DNA from: Candidatus Saccharimonadota bacterium
Lineage (GTDB): Bacteria; Patescibacteriota; Gracilibacteria; BD1-5; UBA2023
Direction: 5' to 3'
Assembly: GCA_042852035.1 (NCBI GenBank)
Contig: BAAFHK010000003.1
Location: 1 to 32,000 of the forward strand
Length of the DNA stretch: 32,000 nt
Shown: piece after piece, positions 1 to 8,980 of the stretch
Position numbering within the stretch: position 1 is the stretch's first letter
How the letters are laid out: each line of letters starts with the position of its first letter
Notes under the pieces: generated by a model
What the model saw: the letters and a program-made list of their open reading frames with translations, nothing else
What the model was told of the DNA's origin: nothing
Databases searched by the model: none
Made by a program: the position numbers and the translations under genes

Positions 1-403
1 GGTATTTTACAGTTGCTGCATTGAGTCCACTCGTTGCATCTGAAGCTGAGAGAGTGATGGAGATATTCGCATTTCTCCAAGCAGCAGAAGTATTATTTGC
101 GGAGATAACTGGGCTTGTTTTATCGAGCTTATATTGGTTACTGTTCCATGTCTGACTGTTTCAGGCATTGTCTGTTGCACAGAGATAGAGAGTATGTTGT
201 CCTTCTGTTGAGAGAGTTATAACATTTCCGTTTGCAAAGACCGTTCCTCATCATACACAGTCTGCATTATCCCAACGGTATTTTACAGTTGCTGCATTGA
301 GTCCACTCGTTGCATCTGAAGCTGAGAGAGTGATGGAGATATTCGCATTTCTCCAAGCAGCAGAAGTATTATTTGCGGAGATAACTGGGCTTGTTTTATC
401 GAG
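1..403 (-). repeat. 276-bp-period direct repeat inside the surface-protein CDS, with perfect 127-nt copies at 1..127 and 277..403
   Basis: Positions 1..127 and 277..403 are identical base for base (ggtattttacagttgctgcattgag...gggcttgttttatcgag). The offset of 276 nt equals 92 codons. The remaining ~149 nt of each unit are clearly diverged, and a third, more diverged copy lies near 555..650. Confidence 0.9.
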
Positions 404-931
404 ACGATATTGACCATTCCAAGTGGATTGAATTCCAGCACCATCCTGTCCACAAAGATAGAGAGTATGATCTCCATCGGTAGTAACAGAACTCGAAAAA
501 CCATTCGAATAGTCAGTTCCTGCCCAACAGTTTGAATTATCGAGTCGATATCGTGATATAGCAATATTACTTCCTCAACCATCACTCGCAAAAGCCGTGA
601 AAGCAATATTGGCATTTCTCCAAGCAGCAGAATTATTATTGGCACTCACTGACGGAGCGGTAGAATCCCATCTCCAACATCGTACCTGCGCTCATAAATC
701 TGCATCTACCTTTGTCTGACCATCTGGGTACTGCACTCAAGAGCTTCCTCCATTTCAGGCATCAGAAGTTGTGGGACCAACAGCATCAGGAGAACCATCT
801 GGACTACAATGGACGGCCCCATTGGCTACCTTGTTGATATTGTATGATCCATACCAACCAGCATGCGTATCGCTCGTAGAAATAGCGAGAGAAAGTGAAA
901 GAAGAATTCACAGAAAAGTAATTTTTTTCAT
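1..931 (-). CDS. secreted surface protein with tandem ~92-aa beta-sandwich (Ig-like) repeats; C-terminus lies beyond the window start
   Basis: ATG at 931..929 on the minus strand. The code-25 translation starts MKKITFLGILLSLSLAISTSDTHA (Sec-type signal peptide) and stays open to position 1. It holds three copies of a unit ...KTSPVISANNTSAAWRNANISITLSASDATSGLNAATVKYRWDN...HTLYLCATDNAGNSQTW..YKLD. Track ORF 283..645 is an internal fragment that ends at a TAA in a non-coding frame. Confidence 0.7.
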
Positions 932-1046
932 AGAGTTTATATAATTACCGATAGCCTATCACAATTCGATATGTTTGGTCAAATTTTGAGTGAAATTCGT
1001 AGGAAATGGCTTAGGAAAGGATTCTTCAAAGTGAGAAGGATATTAT

Positions 1047-1074
1047 TTGATTTTTCTTCCTAAACCGATAATAT
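1047..1074 (+). promoter_or_regulatory. candidate sigma70-type promoter for cluster module 1
   Basis: TTGATT (1047..1052), a 16-nt spacer, then TAATAT (1069..1074), about 22 nt upstream of the ATG at 1096. It sits in the 164-bp divergent intergenic region. Supported by pattern match only. Confidence 0.3.
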
Positions 1075-1095
1075 TGATGGCGTAAAAAACTTTCT

Positions 1096-1596
1096 ATGAA
1101 TAATATTATTCGAATTTCTGAATCCCCATATCAGCTTGAGTTTAGCGTTGACCTCAATGTTTTTCCTCTCTCGATATGCCTACGTGCTGTTTACACGTTC
1201 CTCGATCGTGGATATTTCTTTTTTGAAAAAGATCAAACCAACAATAAACTCATAGTGAAAACAATCTCAAAAAATGACGCAAAGTGGTCCAGCGAAAAAC
1301 TCCTGTCTGACTTAAGCGATGAGCTGATTGCAACAACACTTCGTGCGAGCCTCGAAAAAGAAAATAAGACTATTCGCGATGCCATAGTTATGAAGGCTCT
1401 ATGGTGAATGGAAGACCACTCAAGAATTCCACAAGAAGAAAAGGAACAAAAAGAAGAATCACTTATCGACTTCACTCAGGATGTTGACCAACTTCTTAAA
1501 GAGATAGAAGAAATTACTGTTGAACCAAAAGAACCAGATATACGTATAAATGTTAACGGTGTCTTTCATGCAAAAAAAGCATTTAAAAATCGATAG
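1096..1596 (+). CDS. HxsD-like protein (copy 1)
   Basis: Track ORFs 1096..1407 and 1408..1596 share one frame and are joined by TGA (Gly) at 1405..1407, giving 166 aa. It is a clear paralog of 20933..21487: both share FLDRxYFFF, WSSE, SDELxATxLRxxLExxNKTIRxxIVMxAL and a C-terminal AKxxFxxR. The xLxDxxLR...IR pattern resembles the His-Xaa-Ser system protein HxsD (LLNDYxLRE family, from memory). Confidence 0.6.
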
Positions 1597-1756
1597 TTCA
1601 CTCTATCCTCCTTCTGCAATTGAAAAATGCATAGCACTCTTTGATGGCTATGATATTTCATTCCATGAAGAATCACAGACTCTTGAGATGCCTGACGATA
1701 ATCAACTCATTTTAGAGTTTTTTAATCATGCACTTCATCTTACCCTCGAAAAATAG
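1568..1756 (+). CDS. 62-aa conserved small protein of the Hxs-like module (copy 1)
   Basis: The ATG at 1568 lies inside the 3' end of the previous CDS (+1 frame, 29-nt overlap), and the stop is TAG 1754..1756. The product is MQKKHLKIDSSLYPPSAIEKCIALFDGYDISF...LILEFFNHALHLTLEK. A paralog at 20767..20961 has the same MQKK start, the same 29-nt overlap and a similar size. Confidence 0.5.
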   Translation: MQKKHLKIDSSLYPPSAIEKCIALFDGYDISFHEESQTLEMPDDNQLILEFFNHALHLTLEK

Positions 1757-1760
1757 CATC

Positions 1761-3221
1761 ATGACTCATCAAACCCTCACCCTCGATCTCGCAAAAAACC
1801 CACATAAGGATGTTGCATATTTTCGCTTTCGAAAGGAAGAGGATGGAAAATATCTCATGACAACTGATAATGGCCAGTTCACCATGCTCAATGGGGAAGA
1901 TTTTATAACACTACTCGAAACATGACGTGTCCCTCTCGAAGTGAAATATAAAGAATTATGTGAAAAGTGATTTATAAAAAGCGTCACGAACTATACTGAT
2001 GTTGAAACTCGCAATTATGCTCAAAGAAATAGCTTTCTGAATACTGGACCAGCTCTACATATGATTATTACTACCCTACGATGTAATCATAAGTGTAAGT
2101 ACTGTCATGCTGCCGTTGCTCCAATGACAGCAAAAGAGCTCGACATGAGCGTCGAAACGGCAAAGAAGGTCGTTGACACCATATTTTATACTACCAATCC
2201 TTCTATAACTATAGAATTCCAGTGAGGTGAATCACTCGTAAATTGGGATGTAGTAACTTTTGTCGTGGAATATTCCCAAAAAAAAGCAAAAATTCATAAT
2301 AAGCAGCTCTATCTCACTCTCGTGACAAACCTCTCCCTCATGACGGAGGAAAAATTACAATATCTAGTAAAAAATAGGGTTTGAGTCTGTACCTCTATGG
2401 ATGGCGATAAGGAAACTCATAACTGGCAGAGAACCTTTAAAGATGGAGACTCCTATGAGCTAGTAAACTATTGGATAAAACGAGCAAACGCTCTCTATAA
2501 GGAACACTGATCAACATATAGAGTTTGAGCTCTCCTTACGCTTACAAAGCCAGCGTTGGCTCATTATAAAAAAATTATTGACGCTTACGTCGATCTTTGA
2601 TTGTGATCTGTTTGACTCAGATGGCTTAATCCATACGGATTTGCAGCTGCTGAAAGGGAAAAATTTTATTTCGACACGGATGAATTTATCACATTTTTTC
2701 GCGATGCGATGGACTACATCATCGAAATTAATAAAAAATGATACCGCCTTCGAGAAATGCTTTCCTGAGTATACCTGACAAAAATACTCACCTGACAAGA
2801 TCCGAATTTTATGGATATCAGATCCCCGTCTTGACCAGCAATTGGCTGCCTCGCGTACAATTATGATGGATCCGTCTATGCTTCTGATGAATCTCGGATG
2901 CTTGCAAGAATGGGAATAAACGACTTCTGCCTGACACCTATGCTTGATTCCCCTGAAGAAACATACAAGGCCATCACCGAATCACCGGTCACAAATATCC
3001 TTATTCAGACAAGCACTCTAGATTGACTTCCTGGATATAACGATCACGTATATAAACCCTATATTGGAGCTGACACTCTTTTTTCTTTTACTCAATCGTG
3101 AAATCCATACTCTATTTTTTCAAAAGATGAAAGAAATGTGATGCAATTAGCACGACTCGATTATTTATTTGAAAAAATGTGAGATGAAACTATAATGGAA
3201 ATCTTTAGAAAATGGATTTAA
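1761..3221 (+). CDS. hxsB: HxsB-like radical SAM peptide maturase (copy 1)
   Basis: ATG 1761, TAA 3219..3221, 486 aa once many in-frame TGA are read as Gly. Motifs: LRCNHKCKYCHAA (Cx3Cx2C); IEFQ-G-GESLVNW with the first Gly encoded by TGA 2223..2225; VTNLSL; CTSMDGDKETHN; WLNPYGFA; AYNYDGSVYASDESRMLARMG. There is no complete Cx2Cx5Cx3C SPASM motif. It is highly similar to 19311..20759. The HxsB assignment is from memory of the family plus the HxsD-like and His-rich peptide neighbours. Confidence 0.75.
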
Positions 3222-3235
3222 TTACTCCCTACTAT

Positions 3236-3601
3236 ATGAAGAAAAAAATCCCACAACTCAAGAAAAAGCTTCATGGATTCATTACGAATGAAGACTGATC
3301 TATTCGACGTGAATCTATGGTGAAACTCTCCGTATGATGAGCTATGCTCCTCTGATGAGCTTCTGCTCTTCCTGATTCAGCAAATGCAGGACATTCAAAT
3401 GGGTATATTTCCTGCGCTCCAACTGGAAACACTCCAGCGATTAATGCAAGTATTGGTGTAAATACCTCCATAAATCTCAATGGTCACTTTAATGGAGTTT
3501 GATCATCCACACATGCCAATTACGGACACTGAAATTATAGTACCGCATGTTGGCAAAACATTCATGGATCTCACGGAAGCTGTGGATGATGATGTTGGTA
3601 A
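3236..3601 (+). CDS. precursor peptide A1 (HxsA-like; His/Asn/Gly/Ser-rich core with Cys-rich C-terminus)
   Basis: ATG 3236 is 14 nt after the hxsB-like stop, and the stop is TAA 3599..3601. 121 aa with 9 in-frame TGA by my count. Leader: MKKKIPQLKKKLHGFITNEDGSIRRESMVKLSVGGAMLLGGASALPDSANA. Core: GHSNGYISCAPTGNTPAINASIGVNTSINLNGHFNGVGSSTHANYGHGNYSTACWQNIHGSHGSCGGGCW. The leader and core motifs (VNTS, NGH[FY]N, GHGN) recur in 15444..15944. Confidence 0.6.
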
Positions 3602-3619
3602 TTGTTTTTCACTCTTTTT

Positions 3620-4585
3620 ATGAATCGATACCTCGCTCTTTTTCTATTTTTCGTTTCTCCGATAATCCTTCTCTCTTCATGTACATGAATTGGATTTAAA
3701 AGTGGGAAAGTAAGTTGGAGTGATGCTCAGAATTCCAGTACTACCTATTCTTCGAAGATTGGGTGACTCTTCAAGAAAGCTCTTGATGATCCACATACAA
3801 AACAAATTGCCGAGAGAATGTATACCGATTACTCTGCTGGGATTATTACTGAGAGTTTTTTTTATACCGCGCTTACTTACCTCAACGATAAACCATCACT
3901 TCCTTCATTTCTCGAGAACTACAAAAAAAATAAGTGAGTATTTTGAGAAGAATCTTCTGATACAGCATCGGATTATATCGGTGGATACATTTTTGCTTAT
4001 GCTTGAGTAAAGACTAGTGAATGTACGGAATACACAAATGCCCTAAGTGGAACATTTGTCGGGAAAAGAATTCATGAAGGATGCATCGATTCAACCCTTT
4101 TGTATAATGTACTGGGCGAAAAAAATGAAAAAACAATTGATATATTTAAAAAATCTTGAGATTTAAAAATTAACGAAAGCCTCTTTCGTTCTATTGCAAA
4201 AGGAGAAACAAAAGACTGTTGAAGTTGCTCCGTTATTATTGAATGAGCTGACCGAGAGAAAACATTTGGCGAGATATCAAATCTTCAAAAATCAGATTTA
4301 AAAGGAAAAACTGTTAATTTTAGCTTAAAGAATTTTAATATTCTTGCACTTAAGAGCGAAATTAAGCCAAACATGTCTGATAGGGAGAAGTTTGATCTCA
4401 CATACGATAGCTTCTTACTCTATAATGCCATTTATAAATCGGATACCTCGACATGTAAGAAGCTTCTAAATGAAACACTCTCAAGTACTTGCATAAAATA
4501 TATCGAAAAGGATCGTACTCAAAAACAAGAATATACAAATTATATTGAACCATATATCATCTACAGCTACCTCTACGAACTCTAA
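3620..4585 (+). CDS. lipoprotein, function unknown
   Basis: ATG 3620. The N-terminus MNRYLALFLFFVSPIILLSSC carries a lipobox (L-S-S-C). The frame stays open, reading TGA as Gly, through to the TAA at 4583..4585 and includes track ORF 4373..4585. 321 aa. The C-terminal part contains a C-x11-C pair (CKKLLNETLSSTC). Confidence 0.6.
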
Positions 4586-5732
4586 GAAATGTCTCTACAT
4601 TCATATTCCCTTTTGTCCGACAGGATGTAAGTTCTGCCATTTCTATCTGGATGAGAAAAAATCATCCGAGAATTATATTGGTTATCTAGAGAAGGAATTT
4701 CTCTTGCGGTTTTGAGATGAAAGGGTTTTTATCGATACGATTCACATAGGTTGATGAACTCCAAATATGCTATCACAAAAAGAATTGGAGAGTCTTTTTG
4801 TTTTCATTCATAAAAGGTTTTATTGATGGAGGGAGTTTTCCATGGAGCTTCACACCGATCTCCTGACATTTCCACAGCTCGATAGCCTAAAAAATGGCTG
4901 AGTTACTCGAATCTCCTTCTGAATTCAAACATTTGATGCTGAAATACTCAAACTTCATGCACGCGTCTCTAAGAATTATGAAAAACTCTGATCCTATATC
5001 GAATATGCGAAAGAAATCGGATTTGAGAAGATAAATTTTGATCTTATTTATGACCTTATCGGGGATTCTCCTGATAAAATTCGGAAAAATATCGAATTCG
5101 TAAAACAATATCAACCAACGAGCGTGAACTATTACTGACTCAGGCTCCTTACAGACTTTCTTCGGGAAAATCATACTATGAATTACAAACGAAGACTTGC
5201 CTATTACCTTCTCATCCGAGAAGAGCTTACGAAAATCTGATACATCCAGAAAAACGATGCTATTTACCATAAACCTTGATTCGAAAATGGAAGAAACTTC
5301 TTGTATGAAGATTATGTCTACTCTAAGTCCCATACAATCTATGGTTTAGGTGTTTCAGCAACGAGTGATAATAACGAAAGATTCGCGAAGAATGTTATCT
5401 CACTTGAGAAATACAAGAACCTTCTCGACAATAATGAGTCAACACAGGATTTCCATTTTAGCCTAAGTGAGAAACCTTATCTCCTCTATAGACTTTATTA
5501 TTGGCTACTTATGTATCCTACGATGAGTTTTGCAGACTATGAAGCTGAATACTGAACTGGAACTATTCTAAAAATAAAAGAAGATATGTCGCGCCTTGAG
5601 GGTGAGGGTCTTGTAAAGATTGAAGATAGCTCTATACGATTAACCCAGAAATGACTCTTCTACTTCATGGGTCTTGAAGATATTCTTATGAAGGACTATA
5701 CTTACGAGCTCTCACTTCTAAGAAAATTATAA
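4545..5732 (+). CDS. HemN/HemW-like radical SAM enzyme (coproporphyrinogen-III-oxidase family; possible class C radical SAM methyltransferase)
   Basis: CLYIHIPFCPTGCKFCHFY from 4590; IHIG-G-G-TP with TGA TGA at 4752..4757; RISFGIQTFD; INFDLIYDLIGDS; stop TAA 5730..5732. Track ORF 5301..5555 is an internal piece. The start is uncertain: the only canonical in-frame start upstream of the cluster motif is TTG 4545, which overlaps the previous CDS by 41 nt. Confidence 0.75.
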
Positions 5733-5774
5733 TGTGTCGTTTGATATTTTCTCTATTCGGATACAATAACTTTC

Positions 5775-6701
5775 ATGTGACCTTGAGATCTTCACATATT
5801 CTCTCTAAAAAAAGGAGCTATTATCAAAATCATTTACTGATGTAATCATAAATGTAGCTTTTGTCATGAAAAAGACAACATAGCATCGCTTGATTTTCGT
5901 TCCCTGAAGATTGAGAATCTCCAAGATATATATACATGGATACATTCAAATGGTTTTGATTATATTATACTATCTTGATGAGAGCCAACACTCCACCCTC
6001 ATTTAGTTGATTTTATAGTATTTTTTCAAGAAAAGGGCATTTATGTGGTAGTCGTCAATAATGGGACTCACCTTCATAAACACGATTTCTCAAAGGTAAA
6101 TAAAGATAAAATTACTTTTTATATATCTTATCACGGACAAAAGGAATATTACAATGATATTACAGGAAGTCATGACTTTGATATTGTAACTAAAAACATA
6201 AAAATGCTCGCTGAAAGATTTCCAGAAGTTATCCTTAGGTGTGTCCTAAATTATAAAAACCTTGAATCTATAGAAGATTTCACTCTTGAAGCTTTGAGCC
6301 TGAGCCCTTCGGTTTACCTAGAGTTTATCCTTCCTGAAGATTTGAAATATGAGCATGTAAATAAAGTCTCTATTCCTCTCAAAGAGTACCATGTTTTGGT
6401 TCTTAAATACCTCAAAAATAAACGAATACTTTTTGATGGATGAGCTGGGTGTTTCCATCCAAAGATATTCGAAATATTGGAAACACGTTTTGATCCATTA
6501 GTAAACACAATGATTGGACGAGTCAAAAAAGATAAAACTGGTCTCTTATTTAATATAAAGACTCAGGACTCTGAACATAATATCAAAAGCTTTTGGAAAA
6601 AATGCTCCCAATGCAAAAAGAAATCTTTTTGTCATTGATTTGATATTCTCTATTTGCAAAAATTTAGTAAAAATATCCCCATTGAGGATGGGAAAGTCTA
6701 A
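5775..6701 (+). CDS. radical SAM enzyme
   Basis: ATG 5775 gives MGPGDLHIFSLKKGAIIKIIYGCNHKCSFCHE (Cx3Cx2C). ILS-G-G-EPTLHP has both Gly encoded by TGA TGA. The C-terminus reads CSQCKKKSFCHG. Stop TAA 6699..6701, 308 aa. Track ORF 6045..6443 is an internal fragment in the same frame. Confidence 0.75.
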
Positions 6702-6933
6702 AGTCTAGAAATGCCCTTTCCTGATATGGAGAATATAGTTTGTGTTATCCATAAAATGACTTTACCATTTTTTAGGATTGAAAAAATAAATGACCAAAAG
6801 TCACATAATGAAATTTATAGAAAATTAATCTAGACCCAAAAAAGAAATAGTACTTATACTTGAAAGAAGATATATTTCGGTACAATCAAGGAAAATTAAG
6901 ACTAATTTAGAATCAAAATTGTGTTAAAATAAC

Positions 6934-7992
6934 ATGATCCCCAACCTCTTTTTCGCCATCAATGAAGACTGTAATCTCGATTGTACGTACTGTAACGTCA
7001 AAAAGTCGAAACAAAAACTCTCTCTAGAAAAAATCATAGAATGAGTCCTTTATTTTATTAAGTTTTTTCCGGAAGCTACAGGATACAACATCTTTTTTAC
7101 CTGAGGAGAACCCCTTCTCTCTTTTCGGGAAATTGTATCTGCTACTTACTTTTTGAAGAAACTTGAGAAAAAAATCGGAAGAAGTTTCTCGATTCATATA
7201 CCCACGAATGGCACACTCCTCACTGATGAACGTATAGCATTTTTTGTAAAAAATAATATTACCATTTCTTTAAGTATCGATAGTCTAGATATAGCGTATT
7301 CGGAACGTCCCTTTGTGTGAAAATCCCTAGTTCCATCCCAAAGTGTTATTGCAAAAATTTTCCCGAACATAAAAAAATACGCAAATATATTTCGAATAAA
7401 AATGGTTGCAACTCCTCAGGAAGTTCCATCTATAGAGCGGACATTCTGAGAATTCTACCAACTCTGATTCCGATTTATCAATATCCAACCTGCTCATGGA
7501 GTTTATTGGTCAAAGGAAGCTCAAGACAGCTATATCGAAACTCTACTTTCCCTCAGAAAGAATCTTGAAAATTTCCCCTGACTGGAATCAACAACCCTCA
7601 AAAAATCAGGTTCACATACTCACACCATGAAACGATGTGCAAAATGAATCTCTGAAATATGCATCGATAGCTATGGGAATATTCTTACCTGTGATGCCTT
7701 TCTTGCATATAGTCCCGATATAAGAAAGTCTTTTGCATTTGATTCACTTGAAAAACCTGGATTTGATAGAGAAAAATTTCGAAAAGGTTCCGACTGGAAA
7801 TACTGTCAGAATGAAATCATTGCGCATGTTGATGGAACTATAGATTATGATCTTACCCACTGCAAAACCTGTAATGAATCGATCTCTTGTACAAAGCTCT
7901 GTAATGCTGTCCCCATAAACGGTCAAGAACTCGATAGTACTATACTTCTATCAAACTTTGAATTATTTCGTAGAATAGATTCACTTATCTAA
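6934..7992 (+). CDS. radical SAM/SPASM-domain peptide-modifying enzyme
   Basis: ATG 6934 gives MIPNLFFAINEDCNLDCTYCN. FFT-G-GEPLLS has TGA at 7102..7104. Also IPTNGTLL and ISLSIDS. The C-terminal CAKGISEICIDSYGNILTCD plus CKTCNESISCTKLC (Cx2Cx5Cx3C) is a SPASM signature. Stop TAA 7990..7992, 352 aa. Track ORF 7317..7568 is an out-of-frame shadow. Confidence 0.8.
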
Positions 7993-7993
7993 T

Positions 7994-8980
7994 ATGGATT
8001 TTGCCTATTTTCAAGTTGTACGCATCTGTAACCAAAAATGCATCTTTTGTGCTCAACCATCGAATGGAAGAATTGAGTCGCTCAAAAAAATACAAGAAAG
8101 GATTGACTGGTATAAGGACCAATGATATGAGTGAATTATCCTCAACGGCGGAGAACCAACCCTTCATAAAGAGATTGTTAACATCATTAAGTATACCGCA
8201 CAAAAGTGAATATATTCAAAAATGATATCGAATGGGATAAATTTTTCAAATGCTGAACTTGCCAAGGCTTGTGTTGATGCCTGACTCAAGCAGATTCACA
8301 TATCATTCCACAGCTATATACCAGAAGTTGAAAATAACCTCATGAGATGAGATGTTTATGAAAAGCAGCTCAAATGACTCCTCAACATGCTTCTCCATAA
8401 AAACAAGATCGATGTCTGGGTGAATATTGTTATGAACCAGTACACAATACGTCATTTAGATAAAACTGTACTTTTTTTTCTCAAACTCTGAGTGCGAAAT
8501 TTTGTTATTAATAATCTAGAAGTCACTTGAGTATATCCAGAATATTTAGAGAAATTACTGTTTCGCTTGAAAGAAGCTGAAGAGCCCCTCAAAAAGGCAC
8601 TCCATCTTATCCGAAAATATGGAAACATCGCGCGCGTCTCGCGTATCCCCATGTGCTATCTACGATGATTTGAAGACTATTCACGAGATATCGAGTATTA
8701 TATCCTCCATACAAAAAAATATATTCATTACCTGAATGATGATAAACACCCCAAGCAATCCGATTTCGTAAGCGATGAAGTAAGTTGGCAAAGTGGTGAA
8801 GGATCGCCTACTTGAATGAGACGTTCTCGAACCGAAAATTGTAGTCATTGTGATCTTCGTCATATGTGCTCCTGATATGATCTGCTTGATTTTTTCCCAG
8901 GTGAAGACCCTCTTATTCGACAGAAAGTTGATAATGAAGAAATGCAGACTATACTGAACAACATCTTATGAAAAAAATAG
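7994..8980 (+). CDS. radical SAM enzyme, possibly HxsC-like (tandem paralog 1)
   Basis: ATG 7994 is one nt after the previous stop. Motifs: VRICNQKCIFCAQPSNG; ILNGGEPTLH; ISFHSY; C-terminal ENCSHCDLRHMCSG. Stop TAG 8978..8980, 328 aa. The CxxxCxFCAQP context recalls the CxxxCxMCSQPP of HxsC (from memory, unverified). Confidence 0.7.

Noticed and set aside
1572-1578. An A7 run (caaaaaaag) at the HxsD-like/small-ORF overlap as a programmed frameshift or transcriptional slippage site fusing the two ORFs
   Set aside because: The paralogous junction (about 20940..20961) lacks the A7 run (gcaaaagaaaaattt) yet keeps an in-frame ATG and MQKK start for the small ORF. Two separate, coupled genes are therefore the simpler reading. 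A fusion is not fully excluded.
4887-5333. Long minus-strand track ORF (148 aa). Similar antisense or out-of-frame track ORFs occur at 25797..26171, 16274..16615, 10876..11199, 7317..7568, 23793..23987 and 30747..30950
   Set aside because: Each lies inside a much longer code-25 CDS with recognisable motifs, on the other strand or in another frame. Their translations are low-complexity or hydrophobic noise with no motifs, so they are shadow ORFs.
6711-6788. A small ORF (25 aa, MPFPDMENIVCVIHKMTLPFFRIEK) in the 232-bp gap between two radical SAM genes, as a possible third precursor
   Set aside because: It has no similarity to the A1/A2 leaders or cores, no His-rich region, and stops at TAA after 25 codons. 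The gap more likely holds an internal promoter, but I could not identify a convincing one.
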